This document shows positions 51,485-64,000 of a DNA stretch of 64,000 nt, one piece after another. The notes under the pieces were generated by a model that saw nothing but the letters and a program-made list of their open reading frames with translations, was not told where the DNA came from and searched no databases. The DNA is from Octopus sinensis (lineage: Eukaryota): positions 15,388,464-15,452,463 of the forward strand of contig NC_043011.1 of assembly GCF_006345805.1 (NCBI RefSeq). The letters run 5' to 3'. Numbering within the stretch: the first letter of the stretch is position 1; every line of letters begins with the position of its first letter. A program made the position numbers and the translations under genes.

Positions 51485-51590
51485 AATAATAATAATAATA
51501 ATATAATAATAATAATAATAAAATAATGATATAATAATAATAATAATAATAATAAAATAATAATAATAATATAATAATAATAATAATATA

Positions 51591-51658
<68 letters not shown>

Positions 51659-51661
<3 letters not shown>

Positions 51662-52186
51662 GTATGCCCTGATGCAATACCAGACAGTGGCTCTCATGGC
51701 TTTTGACCTTAACTGATTGAAAGTGTTATCATGTACATATTTTGTCTTGGTATAACAGTTGGGCAACAGAAAATATTTGCTCAATACCACAGATTTTCTT
51801 GTCAGTGGTTTGACAATAACCAGCTGACCATGTCCCTTGGTGGTGTGACACCATCACTGATCACGATCAGAAGTATTTGAGGAGCATCATATTTTGAGAG
51901 GAATTCTTTGGTGTTTGAATAATTCACCTCTGGAAACATGGTTGTTTCGTTCGTCATCCTTAACACAAACCTTATTCAGGGACCTTATGCGCAGAGTGGG
52001 CTACTAGACTTGAAGAAAATTCTAACTGCGCACCACCTGTAAGATCATGCGCTATTTATCTTGATATGAGATCACCATGTCGCGCACATATGTTTCTGAT
52101 ACATGTGCCTAGTGTAGCCTTATCAGACGAGTAGTCTTGAATGGCAGGCTTCGTATCACTTTGATGGCATGCGTGCTCTCTCACTC
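51659..52186 (+). mobile_element. ~530-bp non-coding element embedded in (TAA)n
   Basis: Unique sequence AAGTATGCCCTGATGCA..CTCTCTCACTC flanked on both sides by (AAT)n; no ORF and no obvious Pol III boxes. Confidence 0.65.
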
Positions 52187-52230
<44 letters not shown>

Positions 52231-52238
52231 TAATAATA

Positions 52239-52534
<296 letters not shown>

Positions 52535-52596
52535 TTTGATGATGATGATAATAATAATAATAATAATAATATAATAATAATAATATTAATAATAAT

Positions 52597-52656
<60 letters not shown>

Positions 52657-53131
52657 TGTTGGTATTAGTACCGTATGAGGAAGAAGAAAATGAAAATGCA
52701 AAATATGAGGATATTTAGATCAAAAGAGGATAAGTGGAGAATAAAAGAATGGTACCATGTGCGAGTCAACGAATGAATAAAGTAGCGGAGAACCAAGTTT
52801 TACTGCTCAAAATATAATAAGATTGCTTATTTAGAATATTTGCAATAAAATCTTGTTTCATGGAATATTACATAAAACAAATGTATGTGAATAAGAAGGT
52901 CGTATGGTGAGCCACTTTGAAGGCAAATTTATACTGATAATATGTTTGATATAATTATTGTAGGAGCAATATATAATTATCTGATTACTCTTGTTGGCTG
53001 TGCAAAAATAGGTTAATATGGCAATTATAACTCTTCAGAAAATTGTAATTGCTTGACAATTCGATATAGATTGAGAGAGAGAGAGAGATCTATAGGAAAG
53101 AAGATATAAAGGGGTAATTAAATAGCCGAGT

Positions 53132-53171
<40 letters not shown>

Positions 53172-53575
53172 CCATTGCATTGCTCCAAAGGTGAGAGTTC
53201 TGTTATGCTGCAGGTTCTATTTCAACTACAGTTATTTATGTGAGTATCAGGAGCTTATTTCGAGGTTTTAGTGATTAATTAAGCGCCATTATTGTAGGAC
53301 ATATGCTAGCCCAAACGTATGCATATCTCGATTATTTTTTTCATTGAATGAATCTTTTTTATTACGGTTCCCTGGTTCATGATTTCTAGTTTGGTTTTAA
53401 AATTAAATGCACAATTCAAATATACGAATGTAATCGTTCACCTTAATGAATATATTTTAATGCTCAATATTCAGAATCATGTACTCTCGTTTCTCTTCGT
53501 ACATTACTAAAATCTTTAAGCGTTGTCATATACATATGCAGATATATATATATATTTACAAACACACACACACAT

Positions 53576-53673
53576 AGGGAGCTGAATTAAATTTTTCATC
53601 AACGCAGGGGAGCAGAAATAAACTTTTTAATGCCCAAGGGGAGCTGAATCGCGAAAAAGGCTGAAAAACTCTG
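53576..53673. mobile_element. possible hAT-like MITE terminal fragment
   Basis: Ends AAAAAGGCTGAAAAACTCTG-ATCTA, resembling Charlie-type termini; three GG(G)AGC(T/A)GAA motifs upstream. No partner terminus found. Confidence 0.35.
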
Positions 53674-54214
53674 ATCTATAATGATGGTTTTTATTTAGGC
53701 ACATCGTAAAAGTAAGTATTAAGAATTGCTAAATATAAAGAAAGGTATGTTTTTTTAAGCAAATACACTTAGAAAAAATATTTGCCATTTCAAGTCGTCA
53801 CTAAAACAAACCTCATCAGTTTTTGAATGAAATAATATTATTCTTTTACTGTAAGTTGTAAATTTTGCTCGAGAAATAAAGTAAATAGTCACCAAATGCA
53901 TTGTAAAAAATCTGCAACTCGATAGCAAATATTTCCAAATTGATTAGAAATGTATAAATTTAATAATAATAACACTTAATAAAATTTGTTCGAGAAATAC
54001 CAAAGATAATTACTTTAAATCAACAAAAAACAGACACGTGCCTTTATAAAGAACAGATTTTACTCAAGTGAATCTCTGTTTGATTATTCTTTTCAGCGTT
54101 GAATGTTACCCATCACACTTCCACTGCGCTCACACACAACAGTCAGGTCAACAGCTGGGAAACTGCAGGCCCGACCAGAAAGCCAGCTTGTTTAGAGTGG
54201 AAGAAGTAGTCGCA

Positions 54215-54603
54215 GGCGCAGGCGCAGGAGTGGCTGTGTGATAAGTAGCTTGCTAACCAACCACATGGTTCCGGGTTCAGTCCCACTGCGTGGCACCTTG
54301 GGCAAGTGTCTTCTGCTATAGCCCCGGGCCGACCAATGCCTTGTGAGTGGATTTGGTAGACGGAAACTGAAAGAAGCTTGTCGTATATATGTATATATAT
54401 GTATGTGTGTGTGTGTGTGGTGTGTGTGTTTGTGTTTGTCCCCCTAGCATTGCTTGACAACCGATGCTGGTGTGCTTATGTCCCCGTTACTTGGCGGTTC
54501 GGCAAAAGGGACCGATAGAATAAGTACTAAAGGCGGTGCCCCAGCATGGCCGCAGTCAAAATGACTGAAACAAGTAAAAGAGAAAGAGAAAGAGAAAAGA
54601 GTA
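54215..54603 (+). mobile_element. SINE family A, young, with ~45-bp internal deletion
   Basis: GGCGCAGGCGCAGGAGTGGCTG head. AAGTACT joins directly to AAAGGCGGTGC, so the CTGGGGTCGAT hairpin module is absent. Confidence 0.92.
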
Positions 54604-54859
54604 CCTGGCTGGATGTGTTGTGTAGCATTGTTGTCCGTCGCCCGGGTTCACTTCGACTGTCTTCGTTGCCAAATTCACACTGACTGTTTTCGTAGCCGAC
54701 TCCATATTCCGCGTTCTTTACGTTACCAACTGATGATACTGCGCGTTCCTTTACCAGTTCAAATTGTCCACCTCACTGTAAAGACGAGCAAAACAAACAA
54801 AAACGTGCAGCCTGCTTCAAATTATTCCCTTGATCAACAACGTTCTTTCTCCTTTGTAG

Positions 54860-54892
<33 letters not shown>

Positions 54893-54896
<4 letters not shown>

Positions 54897-55177
54897 CAGG
54901 ATCACCATGACCGACCAGACTATCAGATGTTGCTACACATCGCTGGTCACAATGCGCTTCGCATTGTTTTAGCCTACAAATGAAGGCCAACAGAAGAAAG
55001 AGTGAGAGAAAATTGTGGCGAAAGAGTACAGCAGGGATCGCCACCACCCCCCTGCCGGAGCCTCGTGGAGCTTTAGGTGTTTTCGCTCAATAAACACTCG
55101 CAACGCCCGGTCTGGGAATCGAAACCGCGATCCTACGACTGCGAGTCCGCTGCCCTAACCACTGGACCATTGCGCCT

Positions 55178-55179
<2 letters not shown>
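54893..55179 (-). mobile_element. SINE family D (tRNA-Arg-like head)
   Basis: Minus strand GGAGGCGCAATGGTCCAGTGGTTAGGGCAGCGGACTCGCAGTCGTAGGATCGCGGTTTCGATTCCC (A/B boxes, TCG anticodon position), continuing into a non-tRNA body. Confidence 0.85.
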
Positions 55180-55236
<57 letters not shown>

Positions 55237-55724
55237 CATACATACATACATACACACACACACCCTAACACATATATATAAATATATGTGTGTTTATACA
55301 CACACGAACGCACGCGTATACACAGACACACGCACTGAAAAAAAAAAACAAAGGAAAAACAAGTCACATACATGCATATATTCTGAGGCAATTTTCAGTC
55401 AGCCTCCATTTTGCATCTCTCTTTTTCTCTTTCCCTCTCTATCTGTCTTTGTCTCACCAAAGGAGATAATAGTGATCTTATCTTCCATTGGCTTTATATA
55501 TTACCTAGGCTTTACATTTCCTATATCAGATAACGCTGGAAATATACTTTTGTCACAGTTGATTGTATGAGTTAGGTTTGAAATTTATTGACAGTTAAGC
55601 AGAAACTTCTTAATAATAAATTATATTCATTGTCATTATAGAGAAGATAAATTCATTTAATTTAGTAAGATCTCAACGCTACCTGTCATATGAGACTTCT
55701 AAGTCTAAATGTATATATACACAC

Positions 55725-55774
<50 letters not shown>

Positions 55775-56069
55775 TATTATATATATATATATATATATGT
55801 ATACGTATATATATATGTATATATATATATATATATGTATATATTATATATATATATAATAATATATATATATATATATATATACATATATATACATACA
55901 TGCATACACAAACACACACTTGGAAATGGATGCGTCACATTCAATAAAATAGTAATTTATATATATATATTGATAAAAATGGTAAGACAACAAAAGAATG
56001 AAAGAGACCTCGATATTATGTAAATAGAGGAATGTATCTGTAAATGTAATATGTGAGAATTGTTCGGTA

Positions 56070-56139
56070 GCCAGGAGAAAACTCCGAGTTTCGGATGCCG
56101 GTGTGAAAATCCACGCCGCCATCTCTTCAGTTATCCGGC
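56070..56139 (-). ncRNA. type-I hammerhead ribozyme motif in a PLE pseudo-LTR-like repeat
   Basis: GCCGGAUAA-CUGAAGA-GAUGGCGGCGUG-GAUUUU-CACACCGGCAUC-C-GAAAC-UCGGA-GU-U-UUCUCCUGGC: intact core, long stem II, near-palindromic stem III, ~9-bp imperfect stem I. Confidence 0.75.
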
Positions 56140-56794
56140 CATCGGAAAAAATGGCATGAAAATGACCGTTAAACAAAGGAAAATTACTGTGTGATTGACC
56201 GTTATTAAGATAAAGGAGCTATTTGAATGACTGCTAAGTGAGGGGAGGGAGTAAAAGTAAGGGGTAAAAAGGTTCATAGTAATCGCGTAAGCGCACATGT
56301 TCATTCCTACACATGCGCGCCCGCACATTCACGTACATGCGCCTAAAAGTATACTCTCATCAACCCTCACTTGAAACATACACATTCTCACCCGCACCAT
56401 TCGCCAATATATATATATATATATTATATATATATATATTATATATAATATATATGTATGTATATATGTACAATCCCACACACACACACGCGCAACAAAA
56501 TGTTCCTACACACGTCTATATACGCACAAGCACAAGAAAAAGTAGAGGTAAGGGCAACACTACAGAAAAAAGGTGTAAGGGAGTATAAAAATAAGCAATA
56601 AGAGTAAAACACATCTATATACGCACATAACCCACACGCGCACACATCCACATGCGCGCACAAAGGATTCCATATACACGTCTATAAACGCACAGTGAAA
56701 ATGCAGGATGGAATGTAGAATATCATGCCTACCAAATAATTATCACATATTATATATATTATATATATATATATATATGTACAAAAGTATATAT

Positions 56795-57401
56795 GGGTAC
56801 AAGACGTCACCAGCAAAGCAAAAAACATGAAATACGTAAACATACGAGTTAAATAAGTAAACAACGATAAAAAGATGAAAAAACTGACAAGTAAACACAC
56901 AGAAATGACCCTTCATCAGTTGTCGGGTATCTATCTACTCCTCAATATCCTTTTGTCTTGGTATAAAAAAGTTGGGCTACAAAAATCTATTCTTGCCCGG
57001 AGGTTCAAAAGAACGGACGTCTATTTTTTCTCTATCTATGTTTTCTCTTTTCAAAAAACGAAATGTTCTCCCCCACCTTTCACTATTTTCTTCTCGTTCT
57101 GGTCAAACGACCTCCCATGTTTGTTCTCATTCGGTTTCCTTGTATGTCTCCACTGTCATGTTTTCATTCCCAAACTTGACTCTCGATAAATCCTCAATTT
57201 TATTTTAGAGTTTATGGTAGCAACTGTCTTTGAAGACTTATATTGTTGTTGAATGCTTGAAATGAGGAGTAAATAGACTAATGAATAGTCCTTTCTCTAT
57301 CTTTACTTATCCTGTTTTTCGTTTTTCTTCTTATTTACGTATTTAACTTGTTTGTTTACGTGTTTCATGTTATTTTCACCGTTGGTGACCTCCCTGTACC
57401 C
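56795..57401. mobile_element. fold-back element with ~145-bp diverged inverted arms
   Basis: GGGTACA..GTCACCA..AACATGAAA(T/C)ACGTAAACA.. at left versus the reverse complement of 57262-57401; ends ATATGGGTAC / GTACCCATAT. Confidence 0.8.
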
Positions 57402-57413
57402 ATATATGCATGT

Positions 57414-57466
<53 letters not shown>

Positions 57467-57472
57467 CACACA

Positions 57473-57545
<73 letters not shown>

Positions 57546-58188
57546 TTACCAATACAGCAGATTCACAAGCAGACAAACAAACACACATAAATTTATATAC
57601 ATACCTACATAGTCTCAAACACACATATATACATATTATATATATTTCACTGCACAATTGTTAGTGAGGTCTACAAAAAGGTACTTCGTCTAGCCGGATA
57701 TAAACGCCAATTAGTATACACCGGATTAAGAATTCAAGCTACTATTGGTTTCATGTTGTGATAAAAACTGAAAAGCTTACGTAGCATGACATCTGTTTTT
57801 CACTCATCTTCCAGACTCAAATTATACAACAAATCTGATCGTTCTAAAAAAATACGAAAAGGACTTTATTTTTTAAATAAACAGCAAAGAACGCTTTCAG
57901 CTTCCTCTCGTCATTTCTCGTGGTTTGTCAAAAATTATAGTCCTTCCTCTTTTATACATTTGAAAAGCTAGCGTCATTTCTCTTTTCCTTTAAAAAAAAA
58001 ATAAAGATAAGCCACGTTGTATATTTGCGCCTGAAAGACTGAACGTTTACTTGGAAACATAGGGTTTGTCATACTACATGCTTGTCCGTTTATTGTGTTT
58101 TTGCAAAATGAAAATAATAGTAACTCGATTATAAATCTAGTGTATATTAAATTGTTAAATGATATATATATATGTGTGTGTGTGTGTG

Positions 58189-59027
58189 TATGAGGTGTAG
58201 TTAAAAATTATCCGAACTCGATTTGTTTTACACAAAATAATGATGCGTGAGCAAAATCCGCGTAGGTATTAGGTGGTCGCGTCCTTCCTGAGCATGCGCA
58301 AAAATTTTCGTCTCTGTAGGTTGCACCGTTCGCCCGCTGTGACGCATTGAGTACAGACGTAAATAATGTGCTATGCGATTTTTCTTTTTGAGTCAAGATG
58401 ACCGATCACATTGAGCAAAGATACTCTATCAAATTCGGCCCAAAACTTAATGATACGCAAGCCCAGACTATTAAGAAGATCGAGACGGCGTTTGGAGATG
58501 ATGCAATAGGGAAACAAAGATAAAGGAGTGTTACAACTGGTTCAAAGATTGCCGCACGTCAGTGGACAGTGGACAGTGAGCCAGGCAATTAACAAAGAAT
58601 ACTACCTGGTGGTTCTTCGTCGCCTTTGTGAAGCTGTGCGGCGAAAACCCGACCTGTGGGCAGCCAAAAACTGGGAACAACACCATGACAACGCATCCAT
58701 TCATTCAGTCCACGTCCAAGCATTTCTCGTCAAGAAAAGCACACCATTTCTTCGTCAGGCTTCCTACTCCTCAGACTTAGTTCCTTGCGACTTTTGGCTA
58801 TTCACAAGGCTACAAGAAAAAAGAAAATCTTCCAAAGGGAGAAGATTTGTGGCAACAGAGGACATTTAGGAAAATTTGATGGCACAGCTCGACAGAAGAA
58901 AGTGATTTTCAGAAATGTTTCCAGCAGTAGCCGGAACGGTGGCAGAAGTGTGTAGAGCTCCAAGGCGAATACTTTGAAGGAGACGAAATCAAAGATAAAG
59001 TCGGATAATTTTTGAGTAGCCCTCGCA
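58189..59027 (+). mobile_element. internally deleted mariner element with both TIRs
   Basis: TIRs TATGAGGTGTAGTTAAAAATTATCCGAACT and reverse-complement CGAGGGCTACTCAAAAATTATCCGACT. Transposase relic 58398-58986: MTDHIEQRYSIKFG.., HHDNA, YSSDLVPCDFWLF, RWQKCVELQGEYFEGD. Confidence 0.92.
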
Positions 59028-59102
59028 TATATATATATATATGGGACAAGAACGCAAAACATCCAGATAGACGATACAAAGAAAACAAAGACGAATATAT
59101 AT

Positions 59103-59160
<58 letters not shown>

Positions 59161-59523
59161 TGTGATAAGTCTGTGCATCATCCTCCTCATATCTCTGGAA
59201 ATTTAAATCTACACTACGGATTAATTCATCTTCTCTGTGAAACTAATAAGCTTTTAAGAATCTGTGATAAGACTGTGCATCATCATTAAGGAACTTTGGA
59301 AATCTGTTTGCAACCTATATCTGCCTTTAATGTAATTATCTCCAATATTTCATGAGTATAACCTCACCCACTAAGATGTTTGGAGAACTCATATGTATTT
59401 TAGCTGATGAGTACGGGACACTTTTATCTGCTGCAATTTTTGCAGCTTGTAATAAAGCCTGTCTTTGTATGAAACAATTGTACTAAAAACTAATCCATTC
59501 TTGTTGCTTCTTTCTCGTATATG

Positions 59524-59579
<56 letters not shown>

Positions 59580-59589
59580 ATATATATAA

Positions 59590-61000
59590 AACCAGATCTG
59601 CAGTTTGTGCGACAGAATAGCTTGGAAATGAAGATCACTGGTTATAGCTGAAAGGTGGAATTCTGAAGCGAAGAACATGAATCATTTATTAGACCTGCTT
59701 TGGTACAAGTCATTAAAATGAATCTTATAAGCGCAAAGTTTGATAAATTATTGGCAGACAGCACAAGTTGAATAGTTAGAAAAGAAGACGAGAGTACTAA
59801 TCATAGTCCACGTGAAAACAATAATATAGTACTGAAAAAAAACATCTTATAAAGGGAAACGTCTGTGTAGCTATGCACTATAGGTTAGCCAAATTTGTGG
59901 ATCTAAATTGATGGGCGGAAACTGTATGAACATGTGCCAGAGATTGCATTTGTGAATGATAATTTCACGATTTTAAAGATTTCTCAGAAGAGGCTTCAAA
60001 TAAAATTCAAGCAAGGGAAGATATTATCATGGTGGAGGGTACAAAGAACAATGAAAGATCATTGATTTTCAGCCCTATATGATATTCGATTAGAAATGTA
60101 GGAAATTGACAAAAGTGAAAAACATCAGAACTTTACTAGATAGATGAACGCTAGGGTGAAAATTGCTTGTAAGATAAAGTTATTCGGCACAACACACAAA
60201 CTTGTGGGTTGGAGGTTGAAGGACATTACAACTGAGGAATCTATTCTAATTTTCTACAAATTGCCATCTTGTATTTGGCAATAACTTTAAAAAGCCTTGA
60301 GATTTGAGGACGTTTGTTGTTCCCACATCTCGGATAACTTTTCTTTTAAGTAAATTATCATGTTAAAGCTTTAAGCATGACAATGATGGCAACAACAATT
60401 ATTTTGATGACAATGAAAACGAAAACCATAACAACTACTTAAAATGCTGTCGTAGAATTAGAATTAAATGATGTCGGACTTGAAGAGAAGTAAACATAAT
60501 AAAGACCAGTAACTTGTAAGGGAAAAGAGGCAGTTAAAACGAAGAAGCTACGTGAACAGCTCTCCTGATACATGAAAAGAGTCGAGGAAAATGATTCCAT
60601 GATGGACAATAAATGGGAGAAAATGATTGTTGTTGGTCACTCAAGGCCACGCTCTTAACATTAACTCAGTGAATAAAGATATTTATTTCACAAAATGTAA
60701 CCCATAAAGAATGTAAGCGAGAATATAATATGTCACAATTTACACTGATAATATTGTAAAACATACATGATATAATCATGTACAAGAAAAGTCTTTATAT
60801 GAATCTGTCACACCAAACATAGTTGACGTAACAACTCCATCGCTCAAAAATAGTTGCTGACAAAATTGAAAATATCAGATGTGCTGAATTAGAAGTAGTA
60901 ACATCAAGAATGGGATGTACAGCAGCAAAGGTGAATGTCTCTCCAGTCATCATCTGAGCATTAGGTTCACCTCCACAGCCTAAAGTAGCGTATCACCATG
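59590..61000 (+). mobile_element. heavily decayed R4/Dong-type LINE relic (RT to RLE)
   Basis: Best-kept pieces are QGHALNINSVNKDIY and DKIE..VNVSPVII*ALG; the 5' boundary is uncertain. Confidence 0.45.
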
Positions 61001-61209
61001 TACAGTTTGATATCAAGATAGATATGCGAAAGCTTCAAAAATATCCACCCCTTCGAATAGCTCATATCGTATTTTTTTTTGTCAAAACCATTTCGCAAAA
61101 GTATGAATCTTTGTAGAAAAACCACCAGAGCCAATATTTTATATTCCAGATGTGCAATGAAATAATACTAATATTAATGGTTCCTCATCGAACAACAATG
61201 CAAGCAGTG

Positions 61210-61460
61210 ATAAGGGGTTTAGTTGATTACATTAACCTTAGTACTTGACTGTTACTCGACTCCGGGAAGGTAAAATGTAAATTTAACCTGGGATACATTT
61301 GATCTCGGAATGTAAATTGCTGGAAGAAATGTTGATTTCGTATTGTGGCATATGGCCAGTAGTCTCGGGGAAGAGATTCGTCGATTCCATCGATCCCAGT
61401 GCTCAACAGGTGTCTATTTTATCGATTCCAAAGGATGAAAGTCAAAGTCGACTTCGACAG
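61210..61460 (-). mobile_element. two degraded family B SINE fragments
   Basis: GTCGATTCCATCGATCCCAGTGCTCAAC and CAAAGGATGAAAGTCAAAGTCGAC; an older copy lies upstream. Confidence 0.65.
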
Positions 61461-61899
61461 TGATAGTAATGTGTTACAAATATCTATATTTTTAATATAT
61501 TACGACCGGGCACCAGGAGTAAACATATTAATGAAGCCAACTCATATGAATCAAAGATAAATTCATGTCACCTCATAAACAAAAACGAAAGTAAAAGAAA
61601 AATCAAACTGAGAAACAATACAAATATAAAACGATCTTCTGTTCAAGGTTAAAGAGAAAATCATAACGTCGTATTTGGTGCAAAAATAGTACAGGAAATG
61701 GAGCAGGCAAAATTCAGCATCTCCAGAAACAAATAAATCAATAGCTGACAAAAATATCGACGGTCTAAATAAAGGGTCAATCTTCATTCATAAATTCTTA
61801 TGAATAGACACAAGAAGCATCTTTGTTACATCCGCCCTACATTCTAAACACGAACCTCGGACAATGCTTCCGATAAAAATTTGATGAATAAATCTGATC

Positions 61900-62960
61900 T
61901 AAAAGTAAATTTGGATTCTTATAAACTAGTTATCATGAGAAGATACAATTTCAGACATATTTCAGAAATTGAAATACAAGACGAAACAGAACGAATACCT
62001 AATGACAACACAAATAATGAAAATAAAAACACAAAGAAAAAAAACAAAACAAAAATAAATATAAAAATCTGATAGAATAAACAACGGCAATAGACATAAA
62101 ACGCGCAACAAAGTTAATAACAGAACAGAACAAAGCGAAATTGTAGAGGAACTATAGAACTGTGAAAAAAACTGGTTTCCTAAATCAGGACAACACAATC
62201 AAAAATAAAAGGTAAAGGAAATGTAAGAAAGATTTCAGAATTAAAAAAAAAATTCTAAAAACGAAAAATCAAGGCACAACAATACTTTGAAATTAAAGTG
62301 TTAATTTTTACAAATATTTTTACGAAGCAACGAAAGAATAAAAAAGTTATATATAATTCAAAGTTAACAAACTAATGACAATATAACAGTCAAACTTGTC
62401 CATCACAGTCTTAATGGAAACAGGCATGGTCGTCTATATCACTAATTTAAAAGAAATAATATATACAGCAGCCACAGTATTTGTTGAAAAAGTGGGTGCC
62501 TACTTTGATAGAATATCAAAACCTAAACAACAGGTCAAATAAATATACAGAAAAGAAATGAAAATAAAAGTTGTATCTTCAATTCTGACTTAAATCAATA
62601 CCTAGTGACTAAAAGACCATTGAAATAAAAACAAACATAGTTTACAAAAACATTATAATACACACAAAGGGTGTACCCGAACTTGAAAGGACGCCAACTA
62701 AATCACAAAGAATTTCTCGGTATGAAAAGCAATATTGTTCCTTCGAACAAAGCATACAGTTCGACACCAACCAATACCATTTTCCAAGAACTAAATAAAA
62801 ATAAATATAAAATAGAAATAACTTTAAAATGAAGAGTAAAATGAAATAGAAATAAAAAAGGAGGTACAAGTAAAATAGCAATCAACGCAGCACCAATGCT
62901 AAGGGTAATGTTGAGGAAATGCATTAGCAACGACGGAATCACCACAAACAAGGAGCAGAG
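61900..62960 (+). mobile_element. decayed R4/Dong-type LINE, region upstream of RT
   Basis: EIIYTAATVF and KSQRISRYEKQYCSFEQSIQFDTNQ resemble the pre-RT region also seen at about 48850 (AKAQKIRQYKKR); A-rich sense strand. Confidence 0.5.
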
Positions 62961-64000
62961 TAACTGAACAATCGTGGTTGACTATATCAAGTTCTGAATT
63001 AGCCGAGATATGAGAGGTATCAACTAACATATTTGTCTTTATTAACAAAAATGCAGAAATAATTATGATATATTGAAGTTAACATTTGTAATTGGAAGTT
63101 TCCATAAATGATAAAATGCCAAATCTCTGATTTCAATGCTTTACAAGCATAAATAATTTCAAAATTTCTCATAAAATACTTATTGGCTTGGGGAGATGAA
63201 AGACACTTTATTCTCTTTAAGATTAATGAAGTAGCTAACTCTGAAAAGAATGTTGAGGCACTTCAGTATAAATCTGTAACTCAAACAACAGCTTAAAGTT
63301 ATTCAAGGAGCACAGAAACGTGTAAAAGATATATAGGAATGGTCCTAAAGCCCTGGGTAAACTGTAGCAAGCCACATAACTAACAGATCTAAAATGCTAA
63401 GAGCACCTCGAACAAACTCAAAACCAATGCGCAAAGTAACACACGAACCAACGAGGAAGAGTCCATATGGACACACGACGTAGGGCAAATACCGGCAAAG
63501 TAATCTCTAAATCACATTCCCAAACTAACTGATGGTCATGGCCAGAATAATTCTACTTAATTTAGTCAGTATTCTAATTAGTATTCATATGTAGTAATAA
63601 AGAATTAGAATTAACTCAGATTATCAGATCAATAGAGTGTAGGATGAAATGCCCTGCAGTATCTTTTCCGGCACTTCGAATTTAGGTCCTAATCTCTCTT
63701 CAGCCAAATTAACCTTTCACTTATCTGTGATCGATGAATAAAGTTTCTAATGCAGTGCACTTGAAAATCCTTAAAGTGCCCGACCATATTCGTACAAAGC
63801 ATATAAGGAATCAGCAACTAGTACTTATTTGCTCTTAAAGGTGTCCACTCAGTTGCATGCATTGAAGCTCTGTCTCCTATTTACGTAGCTTCGTATCTTT
63901 CCCTAAGTATTGGTAGACAGAGACTAGTATAGAAATAAGATACTTGATAGCCACATAAAGGAGCATGCGTATCGCTTTTCGGTTTTGGTTGGAAGGATAA

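Noticed and set aside
55110-55179. tRNA-Arg gene
   Set aside because: It lacks a proper acceptor stem and terminator and continues into a SINE body. The same applies to all A/B/C heads.

Overview
AT-rich, microsatellite-saturated eukaryotic DNA, most likely from an Octopus species. The organism call is inferred from the tRNA-derived SINE families and repeat style and was not database-checked. One 100-N scaffold gap lies at 27091-27190, and the many 1-nt indels look like long-read errors. I cannot support any intact host protein-coding gene; almost all ORF-track entries are translated microsatellites or chance ORFs. The window contains: (i) about 25 copies of at least four tRNA-headed SINE families, several with clear 11-24 bp target-site duplications (TSDs); (ii) four decayed R4/Dong-type restriction-like-endonuclease LINE fragments, the best one flanked by (TAA)n; (iii) a young, GC-rich Penelope-like (PLE) reverse-transcriptase (RT) fragment truncated by the gap; (iv) three mariner relics; (v) several fold-back or MITE-like elements. 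The most interesting signal, which no ORF track shows, is a set of minimal type-I hammerhead-ribozyme motifs with palindromic or collapsed stem III (22075-22119, 56070-56139, and a pair in a 400-bp head-to-head palindrome at 21541-21943 with an atypical CUGAUGCG core). This architecture is known for PLE pseudo-LTR ribozymes that cleave as dimers. I cannot tell whether these particular families are undescribed without database searches. SINE family labels A-D are my own working names, and many boundaries are approximate.
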